Of a DNA stretch of 64,000 nucleotides, positions 39,411 through 52,300 are shown one piece after another; the first letter of the stretch is position 1; each line of letters begins with the position of its first letter. Source of the stretch: Mobula hypostoma. Lineage: Eukaryota. A program made the translations under genes and the position numbers. A model generated the notes under the pieces. The model made no database searches, was not told the DNA's origin, and saw only the letters and a list, made by a program, of their open reading frames with translations. The stretch covers positions 3,410,001-3,474,000 of the forward strand of contig NC_086108.1 in the NCBI RefSeq assembly GCF_963921235.1. The letters run 5' to 3'.

Positions 39411-40812
39411 TTCACAATACTCCAGGTGTGGTCTCACCAAGGCCTTGTACCACTACAGTAGTACCTCCCTGCTCCTGTACTCGAATCCTCTCGCTATAAA
39501 TGCCAGCATACCATTCGCCTTTTTCACCGCCTGCTGTACCTGCATGCCCACTTTCAATGACTGGTGTATAATGACACCCAGGTCTCATTGCACCTCCCCT
39601 TTCCTAATCGGCCACCATTCAGATAATAATCTGTTTTCCTATTTTTGCCACCAAAGTGGATAACTTCACATTTATCCACATTAAATTGCATCTGCCATGA
39701 ATTTGCCCACTCACACAACCTATCCAAGTCACCCTGATCCTCTTAGCATCCTCCTCACAGCTAACACTGCCACCCTGCTTCGTGTCATCTGCAAACTTGG
39801 AGATGCTGCATTTAATTCCCTCATCCAAGTCATTAATATATATTGTAAACAACTGGGGTCTCAGCACTGAGCCTTGCGGTACCCCAGCTAGTCACTGCCT
39901 GCCTTTCTGAAAAGGTCCCGTTTATTCCCACTCTTTGCTTCCTGTCTGCTAACCAATTCTCTATCCACATCAATACCTTACCCCCAATACCGTGTGCTTT
40001 AAGTTTGCACACTAATCTCCTGTGTGGGACCTTGTCAAAAGCCTTTTGAAAATCCAAATATACCACATCCACTGGTTCTCCCCTATCCACTCTACTCGTT
40101 ACATCCTCAAAAAATTCTATGAGATTCGTCAGACATGATTTTCCTTTCACAAATCCATGCTGACTTTGTCCGATGATTTCACCGCTTTCCAAATGTGCTG
40201 TTATCACATCTTTGATAACTGACTCCAGCAGTTTCCCCACCACCGACGTTAAGCTAACCGGTCTATAATTCCCCGGTTTCTCTCTCCCTCCTTTTTTAAA
40301 AAGCGGGGTTACATTAGCCACCCTCCAATCCTCAGGAACTAGTCCAGAATCTAACGAGTTTTGAAAAATTATCACTAATGCATCCACTATTTCTTGGGCT
40401 ACTTCCTTAAGCACTCTAGGATGCAGACCATCTGGCCCTGGAGATTTATCTGCCTTCAATCCCTTCAATTTACCTCACACCACTTCCCTACTAACATGTA
40501 TTTCTCTCAGTTCCTCCATCTCACAGGACCCTCTGTCCCCTACTATTTCTGGAAGATTATTTATGTCCTCCTTAGTGAAGACAGAACCAAAGTAATTATT
40601 CAATTGGTCTGCCATGTCTTTGCTCCCCATAATCAATTCACCTGTTTCTGTCTGCAGGGGACCTACATTTGTCTTTACCAGTCTTTTCCTTTTTACATAT
40701 CTATAAAAGCTTTTACAGTCAGTTTTTATGTTCCCTGCCAGTTTTCTCTCATAATCTTTTTTCCCCTTCCTAATTAAGCCCTTTGTCCTTCTCTGCTGGA
40801 CTCTGAATTTCA
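39411..40812 (-). mobile_element. CR1 RT fragment
   Basis: KSPGPDGLHPRVLKE, NYRPVSLTS, YLDFQKAFDKVPH, KFADD. Same subfamily as 47955-49347. Confidence 0.9.
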
Positions 40813-40939
40813 GCTCTGGCAGTTTTTGAAGGGAATTTGGGAACCCGGCTCCGTCACGATCATAGGGAGTTTTGGGGAAATGGGGCTCCGAAGAGTTGCT
40901 AGGATGATGGGGAACGGGGGTCTGGCGAGTTCAAATGGA

Positions 40940-42095
40940 GGTTGGGGAACAGAGCTCTGGAGAGTTCGAAGGGAGTTTGGTGAACGGAGCTCTGGGGAGT
41001 TTGAAGGGAGTTTGGTGAACGGAGCTATGGAGAGTTCGAAGGGAGTTTGGGGAACGGAGCTCTGGAGAGTTTGGAGGGGATTTGGAGAACGGAGCTCTGG
41101 AGAGTTTGAAGGGAGTTTGGGGAACGGAGCTCTGGAGAGTTTGGAGGGAATTTGGAGAATGGAGCTATGGAGAGTTCTAAGGGAATTTGGGGAACGGACC
41201 TCTGGAGAGTTTGAAGGGAGTTTGGGGAACTGAGCTCTGGAGAATTTGAAGGTAATTTGGGGAACGGAGCTCTGGAGAATTTGAAGGGAATTTGGGGAAC
41301 TGAGCTCTGGAGAATTTGAAGGTAATTTGGGGAATGGAGCTCTGGAGAATTTGAAGGGAATTTGGGGAACAGAGTTCTGGAGAATTTGAAGGGAACTTGG
41401 GGAACGGAGCTCTGGAGAGTTTGAAGGGAGTTTGGGAAACGGAGCTCTAGAGAGTTCGAAGGGAGTTTGGGGAACGGAGCTCTGGAGAATTTGAAGGGAA
41501 TTTGGGGAACTGAGCTCTGGAGAATTTGAAGGTAATTTGGGGAATGGAGCTCTGGAGAATTTGAAGGGAATTTGGGGAACAGAGTTCTGGAGAATTTGAA
41601 GGGAACTTGGGGAACGGAGCTCTGGAGAGTTTGAAGGGAGTTTGGGAAACGGAGCTCTGGAGAGTTTGAAGGGAGTTTGGGGAATGGAGCTCTGGAGAAT
41701 TTGAAGGGAGTTTGGGGAATGGATCTCTGGAGAGTTTAGAGTTTGGCGAGCGAGGTTTTGGCTAATTTCGAGGGAATTTGACGAATGGTGCTTTGGCGAA
41801 TTTGGAGGGAGTTTGGAAACGGGGCTCCCAGCAAATTTAGGGGGAGTTTGGGGAACGTGGCTTTGGCGAGTTTGGTGAGAAATTGGAGAATAGAGCTCTG
41901 GCGTGATGGAATGAAACTTGGGCAGCGGGGCTCTGGCAGGTTTGAAAGGAGCTTGGGGAACAGGGCTCTAGTGAGCTTAGAAGGAGTTTGGGGAATGGGC
42001 TGTGGTGAGTTTAGATGCAGTTTATGGAACGTGTCTTGGCGAGTTTGTAAGGAGTTTATGGTGTTCTGGCAAATTTGGAGGGCGTTTGGGGAACA
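40940..42095. repeat. 35-bp minisatellite, array B (homogeneous core to ~41735, degenerate tail)
   Basis: More than 20 tandem units of the same consensus as array A. Confidence 0.9.
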
Positions 42096-42107
42096 GTGCC
42101 CTAATGA

Positions 42108-42736
42108 CGCAAACACGAGGAAATCTGCAAATGCTGGGAATCCAAGCAACCCCACAAAATGCTGGTGGAATGCAGCAGGCCAGGCAGCATCTATACAAAG
42201 AAGTACAGTCGACGATTCAGGCCAAGACCCTTCGTCAGGACTAACTGAAAGAAGAGATGGTTTGAAAGTGGGAGGGGGAGGGGGAGATCCGAAATGATAG
42301 GAGAAGACAGGAGGAGGAGGGATGGAGCTAAGAGCTGGAAAGTTGATGGGCAAAAGGGATACAAGGCTGGAGAAGGGAGAGGATCATGGGACAGGAGGCT
42401 TAGGGAGAAAGAAAGGGGTAGGGGAGCACCAGAGGATGATGGAGAGCAGGCAAGGAGTTATTGTGAGAGGGACAGACAGAGAAAAAAGAGAGAAAAAAGG
42501 GAAAAAGCAGTAAATAAATAGATAAATAAGGGATGGGGTAAGAAGGGGAGGAGAGGCTTCATCCCTCCCCCTCCTGTCTCTCCTATCATTTCAGATCTCC
42601 CCCTCCCCCTCCCACTTTCAAATCTCTTACTAGCTCTTCTTTCAGTTAGTCCTGATGAAGGGTTTCGGCCCGAAACATTGACTGTACCTCTTCCTAGAGA
42701 TGCTGCCTGGCCTGCTGCGTTCACCAGCATTTTGTG
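42108..42736. mobile_element. Penelope-like inverted double 3' end with 13-bp TSD
   Basis: Minus arm 42108-~42555, plus arm ~42556-42736. TSD agtgccctaatga at 42095-42107 and 42737-42749. Confidence 0.85.
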
Positions 42737-43689
42737 AGTGCCCTAATGATCTGATTTTGTTTCGGTACATCGGTATAATTAAATGATCTGTACGAATGGC
42801 ATGCAAAACAAGTTTTTTCACTGTTCCTTAGTACAGGTGACAATACATAAATTTAGAAATGTAAGGCGTGCACTGATATGCCTTGTGAGTTTAGGCGATC
42901 TCAGTAAGACATAAAATAGAATCAATGAAAAACAACACCCAAAGACTGGCAACCAGTGTGTGAAAAAATGCAAGCAAGAGAGAGTCTGCAGATGCTGGAA
43001 ATCGGGCTCACTGTGATTCAGTGCTTTTCTCTATAATTATCCATTGTGTCATACTGCTGCTGCAAGGACAACAAATTTCACGACGTGTGCCGGTGGTATT
43101 AAACCTGATTCTGAAATGGCTCCTTCAACAACTGTGCGGGTTTGAGGTGTTTGATGAGGACAGAGTGGGGCTTGCAGGTGTCAGTATTGCTATCCCCCGT
43201 CCAACATCTTCATGCGATTATGACGAAGGCATGCTGCTGTTATATTTCATTGGGCGTTTGAGGATATTTAGGGATGTTACCAAGGGGCTGCAGCAGATTT
43301 CTACAGCTCCATTGAGAGCAACCGGACTGGTGTGGAGGGGCCGCTGCACAGGATTGGGGACAGCTCTTCAGGGTTGTGAACTCAGCCAGCCCCATCACGG
43401 GCATCAGCCTCCCCAGCGGCGAGGACATCTTCAGTAGGGGATGCCTCAAACAGCAGCATCCATCACAGGCATCCCACCACTCATGACGTGGCCTCTCCTC
43501 ATTACTTCCTCAGGGAGGAGGGATATGAGCCTGCGGACACACTCAATGTTTTAGGAACAGCTTCTTCCTCCCTGCCATCAGATTTCTAAACAGAACATGA
43601 ACCCATGAACCCTGCCTCGCTTTCTGCTGTACTTTTTTTTATATGCATTCTTATTGTCTCTCACTCTCACACTCGCACTCTCATGCTCT

Positions 43690-44258
43690 CAGCTGGGTGT
43701 GGTGATGGGGATAAGCTCCCACTACCTATAAAGTGCTCCACATGGCGTGCGTCTCTAACAGCCTCTGATAACCAAGTCCGACTCTCGGCCTTCCCATGTG
43801 GCTCAGCTACTAGGCCTGGCAGAACAGTTCCTACTGATAAGAGAAGGGGCAAAGGCGGGCCATTGGCGCCTCAAAACCAGTTGCTTCTGGCAGGTCGGGC
43901 TCGACAGCCTGCCTAGGAGAAGGAAAACTCTGATTTTAAACCTCTGCTGCCTTGCAGCCATACCCACCCACGGGAAAGGCCTTGGGAGTAAACCGTGAGG
44001 AAGAAATCCGGAGCCAGGGTCCCTGAGGCAGTTCGATGTTGTTTACAACTTCACTCTGGCAACCTCTGCGATGACACTGATGCCAAGCTGTATCCTGCTT
44101 GCCCTTCCCTTGGACTACATCAGTGATGTGGAGAGGGGGAACCCACTGCATGGGCAACAGCCGGTTCTTCAAATCTTCCCGCCCAGGCTTGTGCCCTGGA
44201 GAGGACACAGTCCACCAGAGGCGCAAACCCATGATCCCCGGGATCGACGCTGCCTACT
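43690..44258 (+). mobile_element. Non-autonomous interspersed repeat (RTE-related?)
   Basis: Partial diverged copies at ~10135-10325 and ~54910-55150; no coding capacity. Confidence 0.45.
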
Positions 44259-44719
44259 ATATGTTCTCATTGTAACTTATGGGGTGCATGGGGCATCCAG
44301 GAAGGGGTAGCACATCTGGTGAAGGGTCTTGTCGTGTCCATTCTGAGGTAGCTTGTTCATCTTTGATCCCCACCAGATAGTCAGGTCTCTTCCCGTGGCT
44401 CCAAGTAGCTGTTTGCTCCGACAGCAGCCACACCTCCTGTACATCGCTTCAACAGGAGAGGGTAGCCGGTGAGCCTCATACCCCAGTGAGGTAGGGACAT
44501 GCCTCTCCCAGCATGTTACGTCGCCTCTGGCGGACTGGGCGAATGAGATCTACAGTGAGCTCCGACAGCCGGGAAGGTGGGACTGTAACACTCCACAGAG
44601 AGCGAAGGGCACCATAAGGCACCGAAGACGTCCTGGTTATCCACTGCAACCAGGGAAGACCCCAGTTTGTGACGCTTGTTCGTGCCTCTGGACCCGGCGC
44701 AACTGCTTTTCTTCTTTAA

Positions 44720-46320
44720 GAACTCTTCCACACAGGTTCCATTCTGCAACAAGCCCTCGCCAGCCAGGGCTCCCTCCTGGGTCAGCATGATCAACTTCTC
44801 TGAGATGTCATGGAGAACCTCCATTCCCTGTCTGCTAATGTAACGAAGATCGGTGACCAGGTGGACTGTGTATCCACTCATTTTACCCCATCCACTCCTG
44901 GAACTCTGCCTAATCAGCCCAGACAGCCTGCAGTGGCAACCTCCTACGTGTCAGCAACACCCCTGCCAAGAGAGCCACACGTACCTGAACCAGAACACTA
45001 CGCTGGGGTTTTGTGGAAGTGCCGGGCCTTCCTTCTGCAATGCTTCTTGGTGTTCGAACAGCAGTCATCCACATTCTCCATGGATATGTCGAAGGTAGCT
45101 TATATCATGGGGTTGTTGCGGGGAAGTGCCTTAGCGCGGGCTACAGCTGTTTGGGATAATGAACCGGATATCTGCTCTTCTTTCCCCACCTTTATTGTGG
45201 AAATGAGAAAGACCTTTGACCACCCCATCCGTGGTAAAGACGCCGCTAAGCATCTACTCGCTGTCTATCAGGGCTCGTGCAGTGTTGCCAAATATTCTGT
45301 GGAGTTCCAGACGTTAGCGGTCGACTCGGGGTGGAATGATGAGGCACTCCAAGAGGTATTTCGGAATGGTCTCAATGTCATGGTGAAAGACGAGTTGCAG
45401 CAAGGGATGACACCGACAGCCTGGATGCATTGATCTCCCTAGTCACCAGGTTGGACAATCATCTTCGAGAATGCCACAGGGAAAGAACTGGTTGTCCACC
45501 ACCTTTGGCCACTCCATGGCACTCATTACCATCTCCCACCAGCACAAGCCTCTCTTCTCTTCCTGCTCCTAGAATAGCTCCCAGCCCGGCCGTCTCCACC
45601 GCCCCGGGAGAGGAACCCATGCTGCTGGGACGGAACTGTCTTTCTCCCCCAGAGCGACTCCGGAGATTGAGAGCGGGGAGCGTCTCTATTGCGGCCAGTC
45701 CGGCCACTTTCGTGCTACCTGCCCCCTTCGGCCAAAAGGGAAGGCTCGCCAGTAGAAAGGGGGACCCTGGTGAGCCAGACAACATTCCCTTCCGTCGCCC
45801 GAACCTGGATGCAGATCCAAGCTACTTTACATTACAACCAACAGTCCCGGCTTCTGTCAGCTCTAGTGGACTCCAGCACTGACGGAAACCTTTTGGATGA
45901 AAACATAGCTTACCAGGCCGGAATTCCTCAGGATCGGTTGAGTACCCCTCTGGAATCCCGGACACTGGACGGTAGACTTCTGGCCCAAGTCACACTCTGC
46001 ACATTCATCCCACATTCCACGTCTCCCAATTGAAACCAGTATCTGTCAGCTCTTTGTGCCCTCCTGCCGAACCCCTCCACCCGCCCGGGTCATTGAGGAC
46101 CACCCAGAGTACACTGTCCGGCGAATACTGGATGTGCGCCGCTGAGGCAGGGGCCTCCAGTACCTGGTCGATTGGGAGGGATACGGCCCGGAGGAACGCT
46201 GCTGGATTCCCCGCTCCTTCATCCTGGACCCTTCCCTCATCCGTGATCTTCATCGTGACAATCCAGACAAGACTAGTGGTTGGCCTGGAGACTCTTGTTG
46301 AGGAGGGAGGGGTACTGCCA
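44720..46320 (+). mobile_element. Ty3/Gypsy chromovirus (sushi/Tf2-like) with internal deletion: gag, protease, chromodomain, PPT
   Basis: Gag CRAFLLQC...KVAYIMGLLRGSAL; knuckle LYCGQSGHFRATCP; protease [18 protein letters not shown]; chromodomain [19 protein letters not shown] 46300-46312 then TG. Confidence 0.9.
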
Positions 46321-46321
46321 C

Positions 46322-49300
46322 TGTCCCGATCAGCGGGAGAGTTTAAAAAGCGAGCAGATTGAGAAGAGGCGGTCATTTCTTCGGTAGTTTGAACGGGGCA
46401 TGACTGAGCAAGTGTGTGAAAGTCGGCCTGTGAGACAGCGGGAGAGTTTAAAAAGCGAGCAGATTAACGGAGCGGGCGACGGAGTAGTGGGAGACAGAGT
46501 AGAAAGGCTTTGGCTCCAGGGGCTTCGGCGAGCAGAGGCTGAGGACGAGCTTGTTCCCAGTGAGGTAAGGCCAGGTAAGTTCCTTTAATAACTCTAAATA
46601 ACTTAGGAGTAGGTAAGGAGGCAGCAGTGAGGGCAGCCGAGTGCTCCGTTTGCAGTATGTGGGAAGTCAGGGTGGGCACGATTGTCCCTGATGACTACAT
46701 CTGTAAAAGGTGCATCCAGCTGCAGCTCCTGACAAACCGAGTTAGGGAACTGGAGCTGGAGCTGGAGCTGGATGAACTTCAGATCATTTGGGAGGCAGAG
46801 GCAGAAATAGACAGGAGTTACAGGGAGACAGTCACCCCTAAGAGTCAGGAGACAGGTAGCTGGGTGACTGTCAGGAGAGGGAAGGAGAATAGACAGAATG
46901 AGCAGAGCACCCCTGTGGCCGTTCCCATCAATAATAAGTATACTGTTTTGGATACTGTTGGTGGGGACGATATACCACGGATAAGTTGCAGTGGTTGCGT
47001 CTCTGGCACTGAGGCTGGACCCTCAGCTCAGAAGGGAAGGAGGGAAAAGAGGAGAGCAGCAGTGATAGGGGATTCGATAGTTAGGGGGACAGATAAGAGG
47101 TTCTGTGGAAGAGATCGAGAATCCCAGATAGTCTGTTGCCTCCCTGGTGCCAGGGTCCGTGATATCTCGGATCGAGTTCTCGGTATTCTCAGGAAGGAGG
47201 GTGAGCAGCCAATGTAGTGATCCATGTAGGGACCAATGATATGGATAGGAAGAAGGAGGAGGTCCTGCAAAGAGAATTTAGGGAGTTAGGTGCAAAGTTG
47301 AAGGACAGGACATCCAGGGTTGCAATCTCAGGATTTCTACCCGTGCCACGTGCTAGTGAGGCTAGAAATAGAAACATAGAAGCATAGAAAATAGGTGCAG
47401 GGGTAGGCCATTCGGCCCTTCGAGCCTGCACTGCCATTCAGTATGATCATGGCTGATCATCCAACTCAGAACCCTGTACCTGCCTTCTCTCCGTACCCTC
47501 TGATCCCTTTAGCCACAAGGGCCATATCTAACTCCCTCTTAAATATAGCCAATGAACTGGCCTCAACTGTTTCCTGTGACAGAGAATTCCACAAATTCAC
47601 CACTCTCTGTGTGAAGAAGTTTTTCCTCATCTCAGTCCTAAAAGGCTTCCACTTTATCCTCAAACTGTGACCCCTCGTTCTGGACTTCCCCAACATCGGG
47701 AACAATTTTCCTGCATCTAACCTGTCCAATCCCTTTAGAATTTTATACGTTTCAATAAGATCCCCCCTCAATCTTCTAAATTCCAGATAATCTAATTTAA
47801 TCTAATCTAATCTAATTCCAGCGAGTATAAGCCTAGTCGATCCAATCTTTCTTCGTATGAAAGTCCTGCCATCCCAGGAATCAATCTGGTGAAACTTCTT
47901 TGTACTCCCTCTATGGCAAGAATGTCTTTCCTCAGATTAGGGGACCAAAACTGCACACAATACTCCTGGTGTGGTCTCACCAAGGCCTTGTACAACTGCA
48001 GTAGTACCTCCCTGCTCCTGTACTCGAATCCTCTTGCTATAAATGCCAGCATACCATTTGCCTTTTTCACCGCCTGCTGTACCTGCATGCCCACTTTCAA
48101 TGACTGGTGTATAATGACACCCAGGTCTCGTTGCACCTCCCCTTTTCCTAATCGGCCACCATTCAGATAATAATCTGTTCTCCTGTTTTTGCCACCAAAG
48201 TAGGTAACTTCACATTTATCCACATTAAATTGCATCTGCCATGAATTTGCCCACTCGCCTAACCTATCCAAGTCACCCTGCATCCTCTTAGCATCCTCCT
48301 CACAGCTAACACTGCCGCCCAGCTTTGTGTCATCCGCAAACTTGGAGATACTGCATTTAATTCCCTCGTCTAAATCATTAATATATATTGTAAACAACTG
48401 GGGTCCCAGCACTGGGCCTTGCATACCCCACTAGTCACTGCTTGCCATTCTGGAAAGGTCCCGTTTATTCCCACTCTTTGCTTCCTGTCTGCCAACCAAT
48501 TCTCTATCCATATCAATACCATACTCCCAATACCGTGTGCTTTAAGTTTGCACACTGATCTCCTGTGTGGGACCTTGTCAAAAGCCTTTTGAAAATCCAA
48601 ATATACCACATCCACTGTTTCTCCCCTATCCACTCTACTAGTTACATCCTCAAAAAATTCTATGAGATTCGTCAGACATGATTTTTCTTTCACAAATCCA
48701 TGCTGACTGTGCCCAATGATTTCACCGCTTTCCAAATGTGCTGTTATCACATCTTTGATAACTGACTCTAGCATTTTCCCCACCACCGATGTCAGGCTAA
48801 TCGATCTATAATTCCCCAGTTTCTCTCTCACTCCTTTTTTAAAAAGCGGGGTTACATTAGCCACCCTCCAATCCTCAGGAACTAATCCAGAATCTAAAGA
48901 GTTTTGAAAAATTATCACTAATGCATCCACTATTTCTTGGGCTACTTCCTTAAGCACTTTGGGATGCATCTGGCCCTGGGGATTTATCTGCCTTTAACCC
49001 CTTCAATTTACCTAACACCACTTCCCTACTAACATGTATTTCCCTCAGTTCGTCCATCTCACTGGACCCTCTGTCCCCTACTATTTCCGGAAGATTATTT
49101 ATGTCCTCCTTAGTGCAGACAGAACCAAAGTATTTATTCAATTGGTCTGCCATGTCCTTGTTCCCCATGATCAATTCATCTGTTTCTGACTGTAAGGGTC
49201 CGACATTTGTCTTAACCAATCTTTTTCTTTTTACATATCTATAAAAGCTTTTACAGTCAGTTTTTATGTTCCCTGCCAGCTTTCTCTCATAATCTTTTTT

Positions 49301-52300
49301 CCCTTTCCTAATTAAGCCCTTTGTCCTCCTCTGCTGGACTCTGAATTTCTCCCAGTCCTCAAGTGTGCCGCTTTTCCTGGCTAATTTGTATGTTTCCTCT
49401 TTGGAATTGATACTATCCCTAATTTCCCTTGTCAGCCACGGGTGCACTACCTTCCCTGGTTATTCTTTTGCCAAACTGGGATGAACAATTGTTGTAGTTC
49501 ATCCATGCGATCTTTAAATGCTTACCATTGCATATCCACCGTCAACCCTTTAAGTATCATTTGCCAGTCTATCTTAGCTAATTCACGTCTCATACCTTCA
49601 AAGTTACCCTTCTTTAAGTTCAGAACCTTTGTTTTGGAATTGACTATGTCACTCTCCATCTTAATGAAGAATTCCACCATATTATGGTCACTCTTACCCA
49701 AGGGGCCTCTCACGACAAGATTGCTAATTAACCCTTCCTCATTGCTCAATACCCTGTCTAGAATAGCCTGCTCTCTAGTTGGTTCCTCGACATGTTGGTT
49801 CAGAAAACTATCCCGCATACGTTCCAGGAAATCCTCTTCCTCAGCACCCTTACCAATTTGGTTCACCCAATCTATATGTAGATAGAAGTCACCCATTATA
49901 ACTGCCGTTCCTTTATTGCACGCATTTCTAATTTCCTGTTTAAAGCCATCCCCAACCTCACTACTAATGTTAGGTGGTCTGTACACAACTCCCACCAGCG
50001 TTTTCTGCCCCCTAGAGTTATGCAGCTCTATCCATATCGATTCCACATCCTCCCGGCTAACGTCCTTCCTTTCTATTGCATTAATCTCCTCTCTAACCAG
50101 CAATGCTACCCCATCTCCTTTTCTTTTATGTCTATCCCTCCTGAATATTGAATATTCGTGAATGTTGAGCTCCCATCCTTGGTCACCCTGGAGCCATGTC
50201 TCTGTGATCCCAACTATATCATAATCATTAATAACAATCTGCACTTTCAATTCATCCACCTTGTTATGAATGCTCCTTGCATTGGCACACAAAGCCTCAG
50301 GCTTGCTTTTACAACACTCATAGCCCTAATACAATTATGTTGAAAAGTGGCCCTTTTTGATTTTTGCCCTGGATTTGCCGGCCTGCCACTTTTACTTTTC
50401 ACCTTACTACTTTTTGCTTCTACCCTCACTTTACACCCCTCTGTCTCTCTGCACTTGTTCCCATCCCCCTGCCACATTAGTTTAAATCCTCCTGAACAAC
50501 AGTAGCAAACGCTCCCCCTAGGACATTGGTTCCAGTCCAGCCCAGGTGCAGACCGTCCTGTTTGTACCGGTCCCACCTCCTCCAGAACTGGTTCCAATGC
50601 CCCAGAAATTTGAATCCCTCCCCCTTGCACCATTTTTCAAGCCACTTATTCATCTGAAATATCCTCCTATTTCTACTCTGACTAGCATGAGGCACTGGTA
50701 GTAATCCAGAGATTATTACCTTTGTGGTCCTACTTTTTAGTTTATCTCCTAACTCCCTAAATTAACCTTGTAGGACCTCATCCCATTTTTCTCCTATATC
50801 GTTGGTACCTATGTGCACCACGACCACTGGCTGTTCACCCTCCCACTCCAGAATGTTCTGCAGCCGCTCAGAGACCTCCTTGACCCTTGCACCAGGGAGG
50901 CAACATACCCTCCTGGAGTCTCGTTTACGACCGCAGAACACCTATCTACTCCCCCTACAATCGAATCCCCTATCACTATAGCTCACCTACTCCTTTTCCT
51001 TCCCTCCTGTGCCGCAGAGCCACCCATGGTGCCATGAACTCGGCTGAAATAGGAAGATAATGCAGCTAAATACGTGGCTAAGGAGTTGGTGCAGGAGGGA
51101 GGGCTTCATGTTTCAGGACAATTGGGCCTTGTTCCAGGGAAGGTGGGACCTGTTCCAACGGGATGGGTTGCACCTGAACTGGAGGGGGACTAACGTCCTT
51201 GCGGGAAGGTTTGCTAGCGCTGCTCCCGGGCGTTTAAACTAGATTTGCAGGGGGAGGGGAAGCAGAGTGTTAGAGCAGATAGTGAGGTGGAGAAGGATAA
51301 AGGTCATGCGAGAACTGCAAGTATAGTGCATGGAGTAAAGCCACGTACAACATATAAAGAGGCTTTGAGAAAAGAGAAGCAGAATAAAGGGTGTAAAGGT
51401 AGTAAGGTAGAAGGGCTAAAGTGCGTGTACTTCAATGTAAGAAGCATGGGGAACAAAGGTGATGAACTGAGAGCTTGGATACATACAGGGAATTATGATG
51501 TAGTGGCCATTACAGAGACTTGGCTGGCACCAGGGCAGGAATGGATTCTCAATATTCCTGGATTTCAGTGCTTTAAAAGGGATGGGGGCGGGAGGGGAGG
51601 AGGGGTGGCATTACTGGTCAGGAATACTATTATAGCTACAGAAAGGGTGGGTAATATAGCAGGATCCTCTTTTGAGCCAGTATGGGTGGAAGTCAGGAAC
51701 AGGAACGGAGCAGTTACTCTACTGGGAGTATTCTATAGGCGATCTGGTAGCAGCAGAGATACAGAGGAGCAGATTGGGAGGCAGATTTTGGAAAGGTGCA
51801 AAAATAACAGGGTTGTTATTCATGGGTGACTTTAACTTCCCTGATATTGATTGGCACCTGATAGGTTCCAATGGTTTAGACGGGGCAGAGTTTGTTCAGT
51901 GCGTCCAGGACTTTTTCCTGTCACAGCATGTTGACAGGCCGACAGGGGGAATGCCATACTAGATCTAGTACTAGGTAATGAACCGGGTCAGGTCACAGAT
52001 GTCTCAGTGGGTGAGCATCTGGGGGACAGTGACCACCGCTCCCTGGCCTTTAACATTATCATGGAAAAGGATAGAATCAGAGAGGACAGGAAAATTTTTA
52101 ATTGGGGAAGGGAAAATTATGAGACTACAAGGCTAGAACTTGTGGGTGTGAATTGGGATGATGTTTTTGCAGGGAAATGTACTATGGACATGTAGTTGAT
52201 GTTTAGGGATCTCTTGCAGGATGTTAGGGATAAATTTGTCCTGGTGAGGAAGATAAAGAATGGTAGGGTGCAGGAACCATGGGTGACAAGTGAAGTGGAG

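Larger units (their letters stand above)
33815..41740. repeat. Local tandem duplication, copy B (expanded by later insertions)
   Basis: 35886-37245 matches 28939-30298 almost exactly; 40819-40950 matches 30704-30835. Confidence 0.8.

Noticed and set aside
44810..45433. Domesticated PEG10/RTL1-like gene
   Set aside because: Frameshifts, altered knuckle and protease motif, a stop in the chromodomain, and a retained PPT indicate a decaying retrotransposon.
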